A DNA stretch of 64,000 nt from a virus (lineage: Duplodnaviria > Caudoviricetes). Under the pieces are notes generated by a model. It ran no database searches. It saw only the letters and a list, made by a program, of their open reading frames with translations, and was not told the origin of the DNA. The stretch lies in IMG/VR virus record IMGVR_UViG_2889931527_000001; one strand, written 5' to 3'. This document shows, piece by piece, positions 40,248-50,795 of this stretch; the stretch's first letter is position 1; every line of letters begins with the position of its first letter. The position numbers and the translations under genes are program-made.

Positions 40248-41171
40248 ATGCCTACAATTCAAGATTTCGAAAAAGGGATTCAAAAATATTTTCGGTCGTG
40301 CGCTTTTTTAGCTGATTCATCCGTAACCCAACGTCGTCTTGTATGTGATAAACTGATCGAATATATGAGCGACAGAAAGAATGAGCAAATCACCGTCGAA
40401 ACATTGATTGACTTCCGCAACAGCATGGATGAATTTAAGCCCAGCACGATAAACAAATATATGCGTATCCTAAAATCTATCTTCGCTTGGATGCTTGATA
40501 TGGGTATATGGTATGGAGGAAATCCGGTGAGAAAGAACATGGAAGTTCCTCAGCATCAGCACGAAATCAAGAATGTTCTGAACGATAACGATATGATGCG
40601 AATTGTCAGGAGACGCGAAGATGCAGAAAAGAGTATTGTATACTTACGTAGACGTGCTATTACTCTGCTGCTTGTCACATCTGCCATGCGCGAATCTGAG
40701 TTGATCGAATTGCGTCCCATTGATTTAAACTGGGATAAAGGCACAATATATATTGCTAATGGTAAAGGCGGAAAAGATCGTACTGTGCTATTTTATAGTG
40801 TTGCGCAGGAAGCCGTAAAGGAATATATGAAGTTTCGTCCCGAATCTGCCACAGACCAAGATGCAGTATTCTTGGCAAATGATTGGAGAGGTGCACATAA
40901 GTTGGACCGGCGCAGCATCATTACGGATGTAAAAGAATACATTCGAAGCACAACAGGACGGACGGATATTTCTCCCCACTCGCTTCGTCATACTGCTGCT
41001 AGATATATGTTATCGAATGGTGTTCCAATGGCAGAGATTCAAGCACTGCTTGGACATTCTACAAGTGCAATCACAGAACATTATGCGAAGCTTCTCGCGC
41101 CCGATGTCACTCCGATCAATTCAGCATCAACAGCGTTTGACAAAGTATATCCCCACGGAACATCTGTTTGA
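40248..41171 (+). CDS. XerC/D-like tyrosine recombinase
   Basis: MRESE, GKGGKDR, PHSLRH, LGH, Y; no arm-binding domain. Confidence 0.92.
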   Translation: MPTIQDFEKGIQKYFRSCAFLADSSVTQRRLVCDKLIEYMSDRKNEQITVETLIDFRNSMDEFKPSTINKYMRILKSIFAWMLDMGIWYGGNPVRKNMEVPQHQHEIKNVLNDNDMMRIVRRREDAEKSIVYLRRRAITLLLVTSAMRESELIELRPIDLNWDKGTIYIANGKGGKDRTVLFYSVAQEAVKEYMKFRPESATDQDAVFLANDWRGAHKLDRRSIITDVKEYIRSTTGRTDISPHSLRHTAARYMLSNGVPMAEIQALLGHSTSAITEHYAKLLAPDVTPINSASTAFDKVYPHGTSV

Positions 41172-41190
41172 GTTCCGTGGGGATTTTTTT
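41149..41190. terminator. Terminator between the recombinase and tail genes
   Basis: ATCCCCACGGAAC..GTTCCGTGGGGAT-TTTTTT. Confidence 0.8.
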
Positions 41191-41195
41191 GTGCG

Positions 41196-42248
41196 TCAAG
41201 ATGTTGGCATATTGTTTGAAACATAGTTGTTTGTGCCATTGTCTGTTACGCCAGACCAATGTGTGAATGATGTACCACCTTGATATGCCACACCGCCATT
41301 GCATGTAACATTATTATACGATGTTCCTGTTCCCAATGTAATTCCGTTTCCTGCTGCAAAAGTATTCCCCATAATGTTGTTGCAAGCACACACATGGTTT
41401 GTAGTTGAGCCTGATCCTGATTGCAAAGAAAGCGAACCATAAAAAATATTTCCGATCAAAGTGCATTTTTGGCAGTCAGTCATAGTTACATTTCCAAAAA
41501 AACTATTGAAATGCATAAATGTATCCGTTTTTTGAGCGATTGCACCACATTCAACAAATGAAATTCCATTAAGTGAGCAGTTTTCAATATATGAATTGCT
41601 GAGTGAAAGCGTACTAGATATTAGTGCGCTATTATATGCATGGAGAGAAAATTCATCGGAAGGCGGAATGATGGCATTCACACTTTCTCCTTCCATATAT
41701 ACATTCGAAAGATATAAAATTCCTGTGGAAGTTCCATATTTAATTAAAAACTGTGACGGAAATGAAAGGTTAGATAAAGTAATCCCCCTCATATATAGAG
41801 TATTGTCAAATGAATTGTCCATATATATAAGCGAAGAAACATTTTGATCTGATGATGTAATCTTCACAGTGTTTGGGAAATATGTTCCACCATCATTTTT
41901 TGAACCATATTGTTGTCCTTCAATCATAATATTCGATAGTGGTAAGATTGGATTGGAAACAGTATACGTGCCATCAAGAAGTAAAATGTTTGCTCCTATT
42001 TCTGTCGCCTTTTGAATAGCTTGGTTGATCTCCACTTCGTCCGAAGCCCCGTCACATATATAATCACAAGTAGAAAGCGTGGCACCGCTTTGTGTTGTTC
42101 CGACAATAATATATCCTCGTCCAGATCCGCCGATTCCATCCAAATTTTGCAATGTATCAGTGATTGCTTGTAACTCTGATGCATTGATCGGTGGCGATTG
42201 ATTGTTTATCCATGTAGGGCTTATATATCTTCCGTTTGAAATTGGCAT
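41196..42248 (-). CDS. Beta-helix tailspike-like protein
   Basis: DGASDEVEINQAI..LLDGTY pectate-lyase-like start. Confidence 0.7.
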   Translation of the reverse strand: MPISNGRYISPTWINNQSPPINASELQAITDTLQNLDGIGGSGRGYIIVGTTQSGATLSTCDYICDGASDEVEINQAIQKATEIGANILLLDGTYTVSNPILPLSNIMIEGQQYGSKNDGGTYFPNTVKITSSDQNVSSLIYMDNSFDNTLYMRGITLSNLSFPSQFLIKYGTSTGILYLSNVYMEGESVNAIIPPSDEFSLHAYNSALISSTLSLSNSYIENCSLNGISFVECGAIAQKTDTFMHFNSFFGNVTMTDCQKCTLIGNIFYGSLSLQSGSGSTTNHVCACNNIMGNTFAAGNGITLGTGTSYNNVTCNGGVAYQGGTSFTHWSGVTDNGTNNYVSNNMPTS

Positions 42249-42271
42249 GTATAATTCATCCCTTTCTGTTC

Positions 42272-42568
42272 TTAAAGCTGATCGCCTATTCCAAAGCTGA
42301 CTGCAATTGCATTACTCATGCCATACCAATATTGCACCAAAACCATATCGCCAATTTGAGCAGATGATAGCGCTGCTACATATGGAATATTAAATATCTG
42401 GGTATCATTTGGCTGCATAACTCCAAGTGTTGTACCATTAGGGGTAGTAACAACAGTCACCTTTTTCATGCGAATGCAGTTTTTTGTTTGATTTTGAATT
42501 TCTTGAATAATCTTAGGTCGCAATTCGTTCCATGCTCGTACTGCTTCCACCTGATCTTGATTTTGCAT
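42272..42568 (-). CDS. Small tail-associated protein
   Basis: Position; OB-like beta pattern. Confidence 0.55.
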   Translation of the reverse strand: MQNQDQVEAVRAWNELRPKIIQEIQNQTKNCIRMKKVTVVTTPNGTTLGVMQPNDTQIFNIPYVAALSSAQIGDMVLVQYWYGMSNAIAVSFGIGDQL

Positions 42569-42582
42569 GTTGTGGTATCCCT

Positions 42583-44076
42583 CTATTCGTTTGCAATCAA
42601 AGTCACATCTACGGTATAAAGCCCCGGATTCCCAACGTTCACTGTGGTAGCACCGCTTTTATCGGGTGTCTTGGCAGATACATTCCACTCACCATAGGTA
42701 GGAACTGTGAATGTAGCTGTTCCGGTTGAAACCGCTGTTAATGTGGTGTCACTTAATGTAAGTGTTACTACTGCCCCGGCAGTAACAGTAACTACGACTG
42801 TTGCATAAATCTGTGTGGACGGGAGTGGATATGGGGATGCAGACGGAAAATCATTCACGCTGGTACAGTTGATCTGCATTTTACCACCTTGCGCGATGGA
42901 GCGCGTAAAACCTGTAATCAAATGACGTTCTATTGGATTACCGCTTTTGTCCATCCTGCGAACCGTCGCCAAATTGTTTTCGGTGATATGGAAAAGCTGG
43001 GATGATTCGATAGTAACAGATTTTTTGAGTACGGTATTTCGCTTCAAATAGTATTCAGCGAGTTCTTGACATTGCTCGTCTGCGTAATAGCTTGTTTCAT
43101 CAAATATTTTGGTACGCATTCCTAAAATTCCAGTGTTGGTATCGCTCGAAGGGTCTTGATTTACTGCACGTCCGGACGGAACATGATTTCCATTGATGGC
43201 CTGTCCAATAACAATAATGTCATTGAATACTTCTGTGTTTTGAACGGCATAGGTGGCTCCCAAAAACTCGCCAGTCATGGGGGAGAAGTTCCATATAATA
43301 GGCTTGTCACTATCAAGAATATCTTCATAGGCTGCATCAACACGAAGTTGACCGTTTTGATCGTATCCAATCCAACCCACAAGCATTTTGTTGAGTTCAA
43401 GCAATATATCCGCAAATGTAACATTGTTGCTATCGAAACGTGCAGTATAGGGCGCATTTACCCACGGTTGTGTGGTGCCATCTGCTAATGTAATTGTTTT
43501 GTTGTTGTAGTATGTGGTGTATATCGGGGGTAAACTGTCTATCGGTAGACCATTGCCACGATCTCGTTTCAATATTCCCGAAATGCCCGTTAAAATATTT
43601 TCTCCGCGCTCAATCAGCGCCCATCCCTCAAGATTACCAAACAATGTTCCATCTAACATTGCCCACTTATCCACCAATGTATAACGCACTATTTTTTGGT
43701 TTGGAAGAAAGCTTTCTTCTGGATTTTTGACATAGAACACGCCTTGAGGAAGATAGAAGTCTGACCCGTCTGGCATAACAAGACCTTCCATCAGGCGTAT
43801 TTGTGTTCCAAACCACACGTTATTGACATTGTAGTCATACTCTTGGTTTATGTTGGAAAGTGTGACCGTTGCTTGTCTACGCTGCCCATTTTGGAGATTT
43901 ACAGCCAGTTCCCCTTCTTGTATGAATGCTCCCGATCTAGGATTTTGAGGATTGTTTGAAACAGAAAATGCAATAGACCCGTCCGGCTGTAAAAAATCCA
44001 GCCGGGCGAGTTTGTAAAAGCTACCGCCTTTAATTGCATTTAAGTACATATCCCATGTGGTTTGATTGATTGCCAA
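42583..44076 (-). CDS. Tail hub/baseplate protein with C-terminal Ig-like module
   Basis: LPQGVF, LVDKW motifs; position in the tail module. Confidence 0.65.
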   Translation of the reverse strand: MAINQTTWDMYLNAIKGGSFYKLARLDFLQPDGSIAFSVSNNPQNPRSGAFIQEGELAVNLQNGQRRQATVTLSNINQEYDYNVNNVWFGTQIRLMEGLVMPDGSDFYLPQGVFYVKNPEESFLPNQKIVRYTLVDKWAMLDGTLFGNLEGWALIERGENILTGISGILKRDRGNGLPIDSLPPIYTTYYNNKTITLADGTTQPWVNAPYTARFDSNNVTFADILLELNKMLVGWIGYDQNGQLRVDAAYEDILDSDKPIIWNFSPMTGEFLGATYAVQNTEVFNDIIVIGQAINGNHVPSGRAVNQDPSSDTNTGILGMRTKIFDETSYYADEQCQELAEYYLKRNTVLKKSVTIESSQLFHITENNLATVRRMDKSGNPIERHLITGFTRSIAQGGKMQINCTSVNDFPSASPYPLPSTQIYATVVVTVTAGAVVTLTLSDTTLTAVSTGTATFTVPTYGEWNVSAKTPDKSGATTVNVGNPGLYTVDVTLIANE

Positions 44077-44082
44077 TCTTCA

Positions 44083-44640
44083 TCACCCGTTCAAAATCTT
44101 ATCGCGTTCTGCCAAGGTAATGTCCCCTTTTTGAACAGCTATATCAACCAATGATTTTGTCCAAAGTCCACGAGTATAATTCTTCTGAACTCTTATCGCA
44201 GCGCTGGAAAGTTCTGTTTCAGCGGAAATAGTTTCCGAAGTCATAGTCATTGCCATAACTTGAGGCGTAGCTTCTGAGGCCGGCAATGCCATCATTACTT
44301 GCGCTTCCAATGCTGCGGCAATACGTTCTTCGTTAGTAGGTTCATTAGCAAAAGGAGGATTATCCTCAAAATCACTGATTGCCTGTAAATAGTCATCGTC
44401 AGATTGACATTGGCTGAAATCGCATCCGATCCGCTTGTAATGCTCAACAGTTGCATTGAATTCCATCGCAACAGAACCATTGATAACGCTATTTGAAATT
44501 ATCATTTTGGCATCTGGATTCTGCGCCCATGCATATCGTTCAAGCCATTCTTCCGCAGTAAAATGATTTTTACCTGTATCCTTATCCCGCCCCGGTGTGT
44601 AAATGTCAGATTTTTTATCCCAAAGTTTGTACTTATTCAT
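44083..44640 (-). CDS. Tail-fibre-associated protein (XkdX-like C-terminus)
   Basis: NYTRGLW..AVQKGDIT. Confidence 0.55.
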   Translation of the reverse strand: MNKYKLWDKKSDIYTPGRDKDTGKNHFTAEEWLERYAWAQNPDAKMIISNSVINGSVAMEFNATVEHYKRIGCDFSQCQSDDDYLQAISDFEDNPPFANEPTNEERIAAALEAQVMMALPASEATPQVMAMTMTSETISAETELSSAAIRVQKNYTRGLWTKSLVDIAVQKGDITLAERDKILNG

Positions 44641-44661
44641 AGCGTCCTCCTTTTGTTATAT

Positions 44662-46656
44662 TTAATTTCCTGTATATACTTCAACGATATTTGACCAATA
44701 AGCATTTGGATTTCCTGAACTCGATCCACTCTTTCGTCCTCCGGCGAACAAGGCGTAGTATCCATTAGAAACGGATGTAAGTAGGTCCCTTGGAACTTGC
44801 AATGATGTTGGAGTAGAACGTGTCAATGATGAATTGAAAGCATAAGCAATATCTTTTGAGCAGAAAATAGAGTAAAATCCGCAAGTGCTAGATGCTCCGT
44901 TAGTTCCTATGTTTTTGGGCAATTCGTTTAATATGGTACGAGTCAAGGACGAGTCATATACATTTACAATTTGTTCGGACACAAATATTACATTGTTTCC
45001 GTTTGTGGCAGCAGTTAAATAACTCAATGGTTCACTGAGGGGCATGCATGAAGTTTGTGTAAGGTTTTCATCATAGGATATTGCATTATCTAGTGGGGTG
45101 CTTCCAAAATACCCTCCTACAAACAATGCATAATTCCCTACATGACCGCTAGAGTTATTTACCCGTAATGTTGAATCCGATGCGGGGGTTGTCTTTGTTA
45201 AATTATCATCATATGCAGTCGATGCTCCAGCATAATTGTTAGATTGCGCTGAAACAAATAGGGCATATATTCCTACTGGTTCTGCGCTCGACTGAAATGC
45301 CCCTCCATTTAGACTTTCTGGTTGTGTTCGCGTCAAATTTGTATTATAAGCTGTTACATACTCAGATTGGCCTATAATTCCATAATCCGAATTGTAAGTT
45401 GCTGCCCCATTTGCAACGGAATATCCATAAAGATCGGATGCAACATTTTGTGTGAGAGACGAATCGTATGCCACAGTTTCAATTCCTAAACCTGAATTAG
45501 CCGTAGATGTGAGACCTCCGGTAATTATCATATATTCTCCTGCTAATGTACTTACCGAATTAGTTCTGCCAGCAGTAAGAGACGTAGCCCGTCCATAATA
45601 TTGTGCCGTCGGAACTGGCTCCAATGTTGCGGTATAGGAGGCGGGAACACTTATATTTACAACATTCGTTGATCTTCCATCCGCAAGCTGCGCAGAGACT
45701 TCCCAATCTCCTGGCGATGTAAGTAGAATAGTTGCTGTTCCATCCGAAACTGCGGTAAGTTCTGTTGCGCCATTTATAGCAGTAACGGTTGCTCCTGAAT
45801 CCACCGTTACCACTAGTGGGACTGCAAAGGTATTTCCTTCATAGGTTCCTTGGACTCCAAAAATGCTAATTCCACTTTTTATATTAGCGGGAAGCAAGTT
45901 TGTATCGCCCTCAATCGTTTGCACACCAGTAAGATACTGTTGAGCAGCGATGGTTTGATTTGACGTGGATGGAGTGATGGTTTGTGCGCCTTGGACTGCG
46001 AGTTGTTGAGTGGCACTTTCTGTGCCTTGCTCCACATACCCAGCATCTTGTGTTGCACTTGCTGTAATCAATCCGCTACTATTAACAGTGATCGATGGTA
46101 TAGCTTGCGAAACGGTATCAATTGCTTTTGATACGGCTTGCGCATAGTATCCAGCAGGAACGGAAATGGATGCGCCACTAATTGTTACACTTTCATCATT
46201 ATTTGTTGGTATTGTTCCAGTAATTTTGCCGCTTCCAACATAAGCTGTATATGGCGAAAGTATGGTATTTGCTGTGGCGGTTGCATCAGATGCCAGTGAA
46301 CCGGGGGTCACGTTTCCTGTAATTTGTTGCCCATTGACCCAAGCAGTTTCGCCAGATAAAATACTATTTTCTGTTGCCGTTCCTTGGGTTTGGCTCTCAA
46401 GGGATTTGGAAGATATCTTCCCCTCTCCATCATGATATCCATATGGAATGTCAAACGATTCTCCGGCATTCAATTCTGCCGATACTGCGCCGCAATTTGG
46501 CATAGTTCCGGTGACAGGCGAGTTGTTGGCCAAATAGAATTGTTTTCCAAGCAAAACATCTGCATCCGCGCCTGCGTTTTCAAGTTGCGGCAAATTCGGG
46601 TCAGCGGCTATGATATATTGTCCAGGACCCGGAACTTCAAATGTTACTTGTCCCAA
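44662..46656 (-). CDS. Tail fibre / receptor-binding protein with Kelch-like C-terminus
   Basis: ILSGETAWVNGQQITG repeats, YALFxGG repeats. Confidence 0.75.
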   Translation of the reverse strand: MGQVTFEVPGPGQYIIAADPNLPQLENAGADADVLLGKQFYLANNSPVTGTMPNCGAVSAELNAGESFDIPYGYHDGEGKISSKSLESQTQGTATENSILSGETAWVNGQQITGNVTPGSLASDATATANTILSPYTAYVGSGKITGTIPTNNDESVTISGASISVPAGYYAQAVSKAIDTVSQAIPSITVNSSGLITASATQDAGYVEQGTESATQQLAVQGAQTITPSTSNQTIAAQQYLTGVQTIEGDTNLLPANIKSGISIFGVQGTYEGNTFAVPLVVTVDSGATVTAINGATELTAVSDGTATILLTSPGDWEVSAQLADGRSTNVVNISVPASYTATLEPVPTAQYYGRATSLTAGRTNSVSTLAGEYMIITGGLTSTANSGLGIETVAYDSSLTQNVASDLYGYSVANGAATYNSDYGIIGQSEYVTAYNTNLTRTQPESLNGGAFQSSAEPVGIYALFVSAQSNNYAGASTAYDDNLTKTTPASDSTLRVNNSSGHVGNYALFVGGYFGSTPLDNAISYDENLTQTSCMPLSEPLSYLTAATNGNNVIFVSEQIVNVYDSSLTRTILNELPKNIGTNGASSTCGFYSIFCSKDIAYAFNSSLTRSTPTSLQVPRDLLTSVSNGYYALFAGGRKSGSSSGNPNAYWSNIVEVYTGN

Positions 46657-46671
46657 ATATTTTTCCTCCTT

Positions 46672-49074
46672 TCATGGTACTTGCTGCGTTTCGGTATACT
46701 CTCCCATTGCGACTGTAATTGTGGTTCCGCTGGGAGCAGTTACAGTAAGATATGCGTAAACAGGTCGAATTTCAAGCCCTACATAATAGGTTTGTCCTTG
46801 ACTTATGGTAATTGTTTTGGTTTCAACCGACCCGTCTAACATACCGGATACCGTCCATTCTCCGGCCGTGGGCGGATCATATTGAATCGGAGCAGTATAG
46901 ATAGAAACAAACGAATAAGTCCCATTCGATATTGTGATTTCACTTCCAACGGGAGCAGTAACAATGATCTGTGTATCGCTTTGAGGCTGTACGGGTGGCA
47001 CAAGATCATTCCATCCGTTATCTCCACTTTGACAGATTACAGATGCACCATTTATCGGCCCACTTTCCATCCATGGAATAGACCCGAAATACGGCTGTGG
47101 CGCTTGATTATCTCCTGTCTGCATGGTGATCGCTGCTTGGGTTTCTATTCTCCAAAAGTTTCCTTTTCTGTCTCGCAGGAACTTAGGGTCGGTGCTGGTA
47201 GATAACTCCCACAATGCAGTGGCTTGCTCAACTGTATCAATATAACGATTGTTTACCATATCTACTTTCCCGATATATCCGGTTAATGTAGACGAAATAT
47301 AATTATACGAGGTAGGTTGGCGAGTCGGATACGGAGTGAAATTCTGTAACATATTCGGTGTATTGTTGTTTGTAAGTGCATCCGTAGACACATTGTTGCG
47401 GAAAATATGCACACCATTGACATGATACACACCATCTGAATTTTGTATGCAGTCTAATACGGTCCAGTTCCAGTGCATTGGGAATACTATATTGGATGGC
47501 AAAGCATCTGATACATACTGTGTTTCTCCTAGCGCAAACACATAATAGGTATAATTCACCTGATTTCTATATCCTTCATCCACAATTTCTGTGGTAGATA
47601 TGTCTAAGTTTGCTACCAGAGATAGAGCGCTGTCACCTTGCGCTTGCCGATATAATGCCACGCCTACCAAATTTTCATTTGGAGTTATGTTCCCAGCATT
47701 TAGGCCGGTATCGTTGAATGTGGCAAGAAATAACGTATCAAGCCCCCATGTGGGTTCATATTGCAAATCATAGAGTAGGTCATGGAGTGAATCACCCGAA
47801 ACCTCTCCATCAAGGGCTGTTATCCATTGGCATATTTGTTGTCCATAGAGTGTAATGCTTGATATGTTCGGCTGCACCCATGTCAATGGGGACTTGACAG
47901 CATTCCATATAATCATTCCAGAATCAGGATACAATATATTGGACGGATATAGCGATTCGCTAGGGAACAGCCCTCCTTTATAGGTCGCATAGTATACATG
48001 AAGTTCTCTTGGTGTAATTACAATGCGGAGCGGCAGCGACGATTGAATAGAATCGATTGTTACAGAACCAACTATGACATCTCCATTCATGATTGAAATG
48101 GACTCTGGCGTTACGTTAACATTGATCGTTCCGTTTATGGATAGAGCCGGAGATGTTCCGTTTGGTGGATAGAACGATGACCACGCAATCGACCACGGAG
48201 TTTCGAAGTCCATAGGTGCGCCGTTCTTTTCATCCCAAGTCACAGACGAACCTAGCGGAAGATTCAAATTGCCGTTTTCAATCGTATAGTTCCCATTAGC
48301 TGTCCCAGGGATGTACGACACACGCGACCACCGAACCAATATGCCGTCATAAATTCCCGGACAGGCTTCGACATATCCGGTGAAGTCGCTTACTGCATAT
48401 TGAACAGTAAATTCTTGCCATCCCGTATCTGCTTGCATTCCATACTCGGTCTGAATCTGGCAGCGTACTTCATAAGTAGTTCCAACCAACAAACCGTCAT
48501 AAGTGACTTGGATATCCTCTGTTCCAAAGATTTCTCCTGAATCTTGGATCGGAGAATCTTCGCTTCCTTTAACTGCAAGCTGCCATCGGAACCAATCCAG
48601 AGAATCGCCTTGCGCTTGAGAGTAGTCGGCTGTAAATGTTGCCATTCGGCTTGTAACCGGTGACGTAAATGCTTGAATTGAAATGGTCGGCTCTGATCTT
48701 GTCCAGAAGAAGGATGGCGAAATCTGTTCGAGCGACCCTCCACTCCACCATTGCGTGATAAGCATTTTATATCCGCTTTCGAATCCGTTTGAAAGACCGC
48801 TCAGTGCTGATGCTTGGACCGGAACATTATAAAACTGCACTGTTCCAGTGCTGCTTGTGCCGTAAAATGGTGGATTGACTGGCGTTTCTCCGCTGTCGAA
48901 CACTTTAGATGATTCTTCTGTGTTCTCGAAAATTTGAATCTGGTATGCTGTCAACGCAGACGAACCATTGACTTGCCATGATATTGTTAAGTCCTGCGTG
49001 ACATCAATAACGCCACCACCCACACCCGCGAAAGAGGACGGAAATATGTTGGTCGGCTGGAATAGTGGCATCAC
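46672..49074 (-). CDS. Large tail/baseplate protein (Fn3/Ig-rich)
   Basis: Beta-rich composition; position. Confidence 0.7.
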   Translation of the reverse strand: MMPLFQPTNIFPSSFAGVGGGVIDVTQDLTISWQVNGSSALTAYQIQIFENTEESSKVFDSGETPVNPPFYGTSSTGTVQFYNVPVQASALSGLSNGFESGYKMLITQWWSGGSLEQISPSFFWTRSEPTISIQAFTSPVTSRMATFTADYSQAQGDSLDWFRWQLAVKGSEDSPIQDSGEIFGTEDIQVTYDGLLVGTTYEVRCQIQTEYGMQADTGWQEFTVQYAVSDFTGYVEACPGIYDGILVRWSRVSYIPGTANGNYTIENGNLNLPLGSSVTWDEKNGAPMDFETPWSIAWSSFYPPNGTSPALSINGTINVNVTPESISIMNGDVIVGSVTIDSIQSSLPLRIVITPRELHVYYATYKGGLFPSESLYPSNILYPDSGMIIWNAVKSPLTWVQPNISSITLYGQQICQWITALDGEVSGDSLHDLLYDLQYEPTWGLDTLFLATFNDTGLNAGNITPNENLVGVALYRQAQGDSALSLVANLDISTTEIVDEGYRNQVNYTYYVFALGETQYVSDALPSNIVFPMHWNWTVLDCIQNSDGVYHVNGVHIFRNNVSTDALTNNNTPNMLQNFTPYPTRQPTSYNYISSTLTGYIGKVDMVNNRYIDTVEQATALWELSTSTDPKFLRDRKGNFWRIETQAAITMQTGDNQAPQPYFGSIPWMESGPINGASVICQSGDNGWNDLVPPVQPQSDTQIIVTAPVGSEITISNGTYSFVSIYTAPIQYDPPTAGEWTVSGMLDGSVETKTITISQGQTYYVGLEIRPVYAYLTVTAPSGTTITVAMGEYTETQQVP

Positions 49075-49092
49075 ATCACCGCCTTTCTATAA

Positions 49093-49170
49093 TAAAAAAA
49101 GGCCGCAACCTGCCCAATGCAGATTACAGCCCCAATCGACTTTCTTCTATCCCCAACCGGAAAGAAACTG
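49093..49170 (-). promoter_or_regulatory. Late-module terminator/antiterminator element, copy 3
   Basis: Same architecture as 56971-57050 and 63711-63795. Confidence 0.55.
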
Positions 49171-49242
49171 AAAAGGCGCAGAACTCACCAAAGCATACCT
49201 AGACTTGTATTCTGGTACGTTTTGGCGCGTTCCGCGCCGCAT
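49171..49242 (-). promoter_or_regulatory. Attenuator leader paralogous to 36772-36845
   Basis: CGGCGCGGAACGCGCCAAA...GTTCTGCGCC-TTTT. Confidence 0.6.
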
Positions 49243-49297
49243 CAATCATATTATTTTATATTATTATATCACACATAAACGGAAAATGCAAGAGCAA

Positions 49298-50077
49298 TTA
49301 TGAAGGAGGGCCAAATGATACGGTCAAACCACCGCCGATCTCTACCTCACCGCCGGTCATTAACTTAGCATTGCGATATACCGCGATATGTCCGGTCTGT
49401 GAAGTATCGCCAAATATCTCATTCACGACGCTTCTACCATCTGGCTTTCGTACAAAGCAGTTGCCGCTTCCGGACACCAATGTGATATTATACACGCCAG
49501 GTGCAATATCTTTACCAATCTCGTAAACTCCCGCTGAAAATTCATAGCTTTGTGTTGAATCTTCTAACCCCGAACCGTTTGTTCCTTCGGTTGGGTCAAC
49601 GACAGGCCCATTGTAATCAATGTGTCCAAAATCTGATGATATTTTCAAAAAATCCGTATTCCCCGATTCATCTGTTTGTACATCAGAATCATCCGATTCT
49701 TGGCTACTAACCGCAGGTTCATCCATGCTTGCGGCGTTCTTGTTTGAAAGAAAGTCTTTTAATTTTAATGCGCCAAAAGCACCACCGCCAATAATCGCAA
49801 GAGCCAATATGGTGACTATGATTTTTTTCATAATGGATTTTTTCTTCTTTTTCACGCGCTTCTTATCGGGCTGGATACTTTCGGATTCTTTTGTACGTTG
49901 TTGGGCAACTATTCGCTGCATGGCATCACGATTTAACGCCGGGTCTGCCTGATAAATGTTTTCTGGAAATTCTACGCGAGTTCCGCATTTCGGGCATGTT
50001 CCAGCCCCGCCAAATTCGCACCGCAGTTTTTGTCCGCATTTCGGGCAGGCTACAACCACTTTATCTCTGTTTTCCAT
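49298..50077 (-). CDS. Membrane-anchored moron protein (Zn ribbon + TM + extracellular domain)
   Basis: CPKCG x2, TM helix, AGVYEIGKDIAPGVY. Confidence 0.75.
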   Translation of the reverse strand: MENRDKVVVACPKCGQKLRCEFGGAGTCPKCGTRVEFPENIYQADPALNRDAMQRIVAQQRTKESESIQPDKKRVKKKKKSIMKKIIVTILALAIIGGGAFGALKLKDFLSNKNAASMDEPAVSSQESDDSDVQTDESGNTDFLKISSDFGHIDYNGPVVDPTEGTNGSGLEDSTQSYEFSAGVYEIGKDIAPGVYNITLVSGSGNCFVRKPDGRSVVNEIFGDTSQTGHIAVYRNAKLMTGGEVEIGGGLTVSFGPPS

Positions 50078-50235
50078 AGCTATCCTCCCTTTTAATCAAT
50101 CTCTATACCCTACTTTTATTTTACCATATCAAGAATCCATTTCCAATACAAATGCAAAGAAATATTTTTGGGAAAACGCCTTGACTTTTCAGGATATCCG
50201 ATATATAATTTGGATATCCAGAAAGGAGGTGCAAG

Positions 50236-50418
50236 ATGTCACCAAATATTGGGCGACCGAAATCAAATAATCCAAGAGATTTGCAGTATCGTTTGCGCTT
50301 AACCGAAGATGAAGTTAATAAACTGAATTTTTGTTGTAGGGTATTAGGTCTTACAAAAGCAGAAGTGTTGCGGAACGGATTGGAAATTATGTTTGAAAAA
50401 GCCCAAAGTTCCAAATAA
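50236..50418 (+). CDS. CopG/RHH small regulator
   Basis: MSPNIGRPK...TKAEVLRNGL; GGATATCC repeats in its promoter. Confidence 0.8.
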   Translation: MSPNIGRPKSNNPRDLQYRLRLTEDEVNKLNFCCRVLGLTKAEVLRNGLEIMFEKAQSSK

Positions 50419-50485
50419 ATTAGGCGTTCGTTGCCGTGACAAAGCTTGACGAACGCCTAGTGTATCAATCCTAAAGAGGATGATA
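50415..50485 (-). ncRNA. Putative antisense sRNA
   Basis: TTGATT-17-TAGAAT; terminator-like TAGGCGTTCGT..ACGAACGCCTA. Confidence 0.55.
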
Positions 50486-50534
50486 AATCCATTCTATCAT
50501 CCTCCTTGGGGAAAATCAAGGAGGAAAAGCAAAA

Positions 50535-50795
50535 ATGAAAAACAGACCCTTTCCAGAGATCATAAACGCGCACCATGCGGATGCACTAAGCCGAATGGAA
50601 GAAGATGCAGAACTGAATGCGTTGTACGAAGCGGAATGGTCGTTGCCGTGCGAAGATGTTCGCAGCATGCTAGATAGCGGCGACGTGAACGCGGCTTCTG
50701 ATTTCATCGCAATGCACCAAGTCAAGACCGAGCGCATGGGATTCCTGCTGGGCTACCGCTACGCCATGCAGTTGGCACGGGAAATCTTTGTGTAA
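50535..50795 (+). CDS. Hypothetical protein (duplicate of 38480-38740)
   Basis: Identical protein. Confidence 0.7.
   Translation: MKNRPFPEIINAHHADALSRMEEDAELNALYEAEWSLPCEDVRSMLDSGDVNAASDFIAMHQVKTERMGFLLGYRYAMQLAREIFV

Noticed and set aside
40248-46656. Tail-fibre shufflon driven by the second tyrosine recombinase
   Set aside because: No inverted crossover repeats or alternative 3' cassettes seen
41196-49074. Diversity-generating retroelement targeting tail genes
   Set aside because: No reverse transcriptase and no TR/VR pair seen in the window
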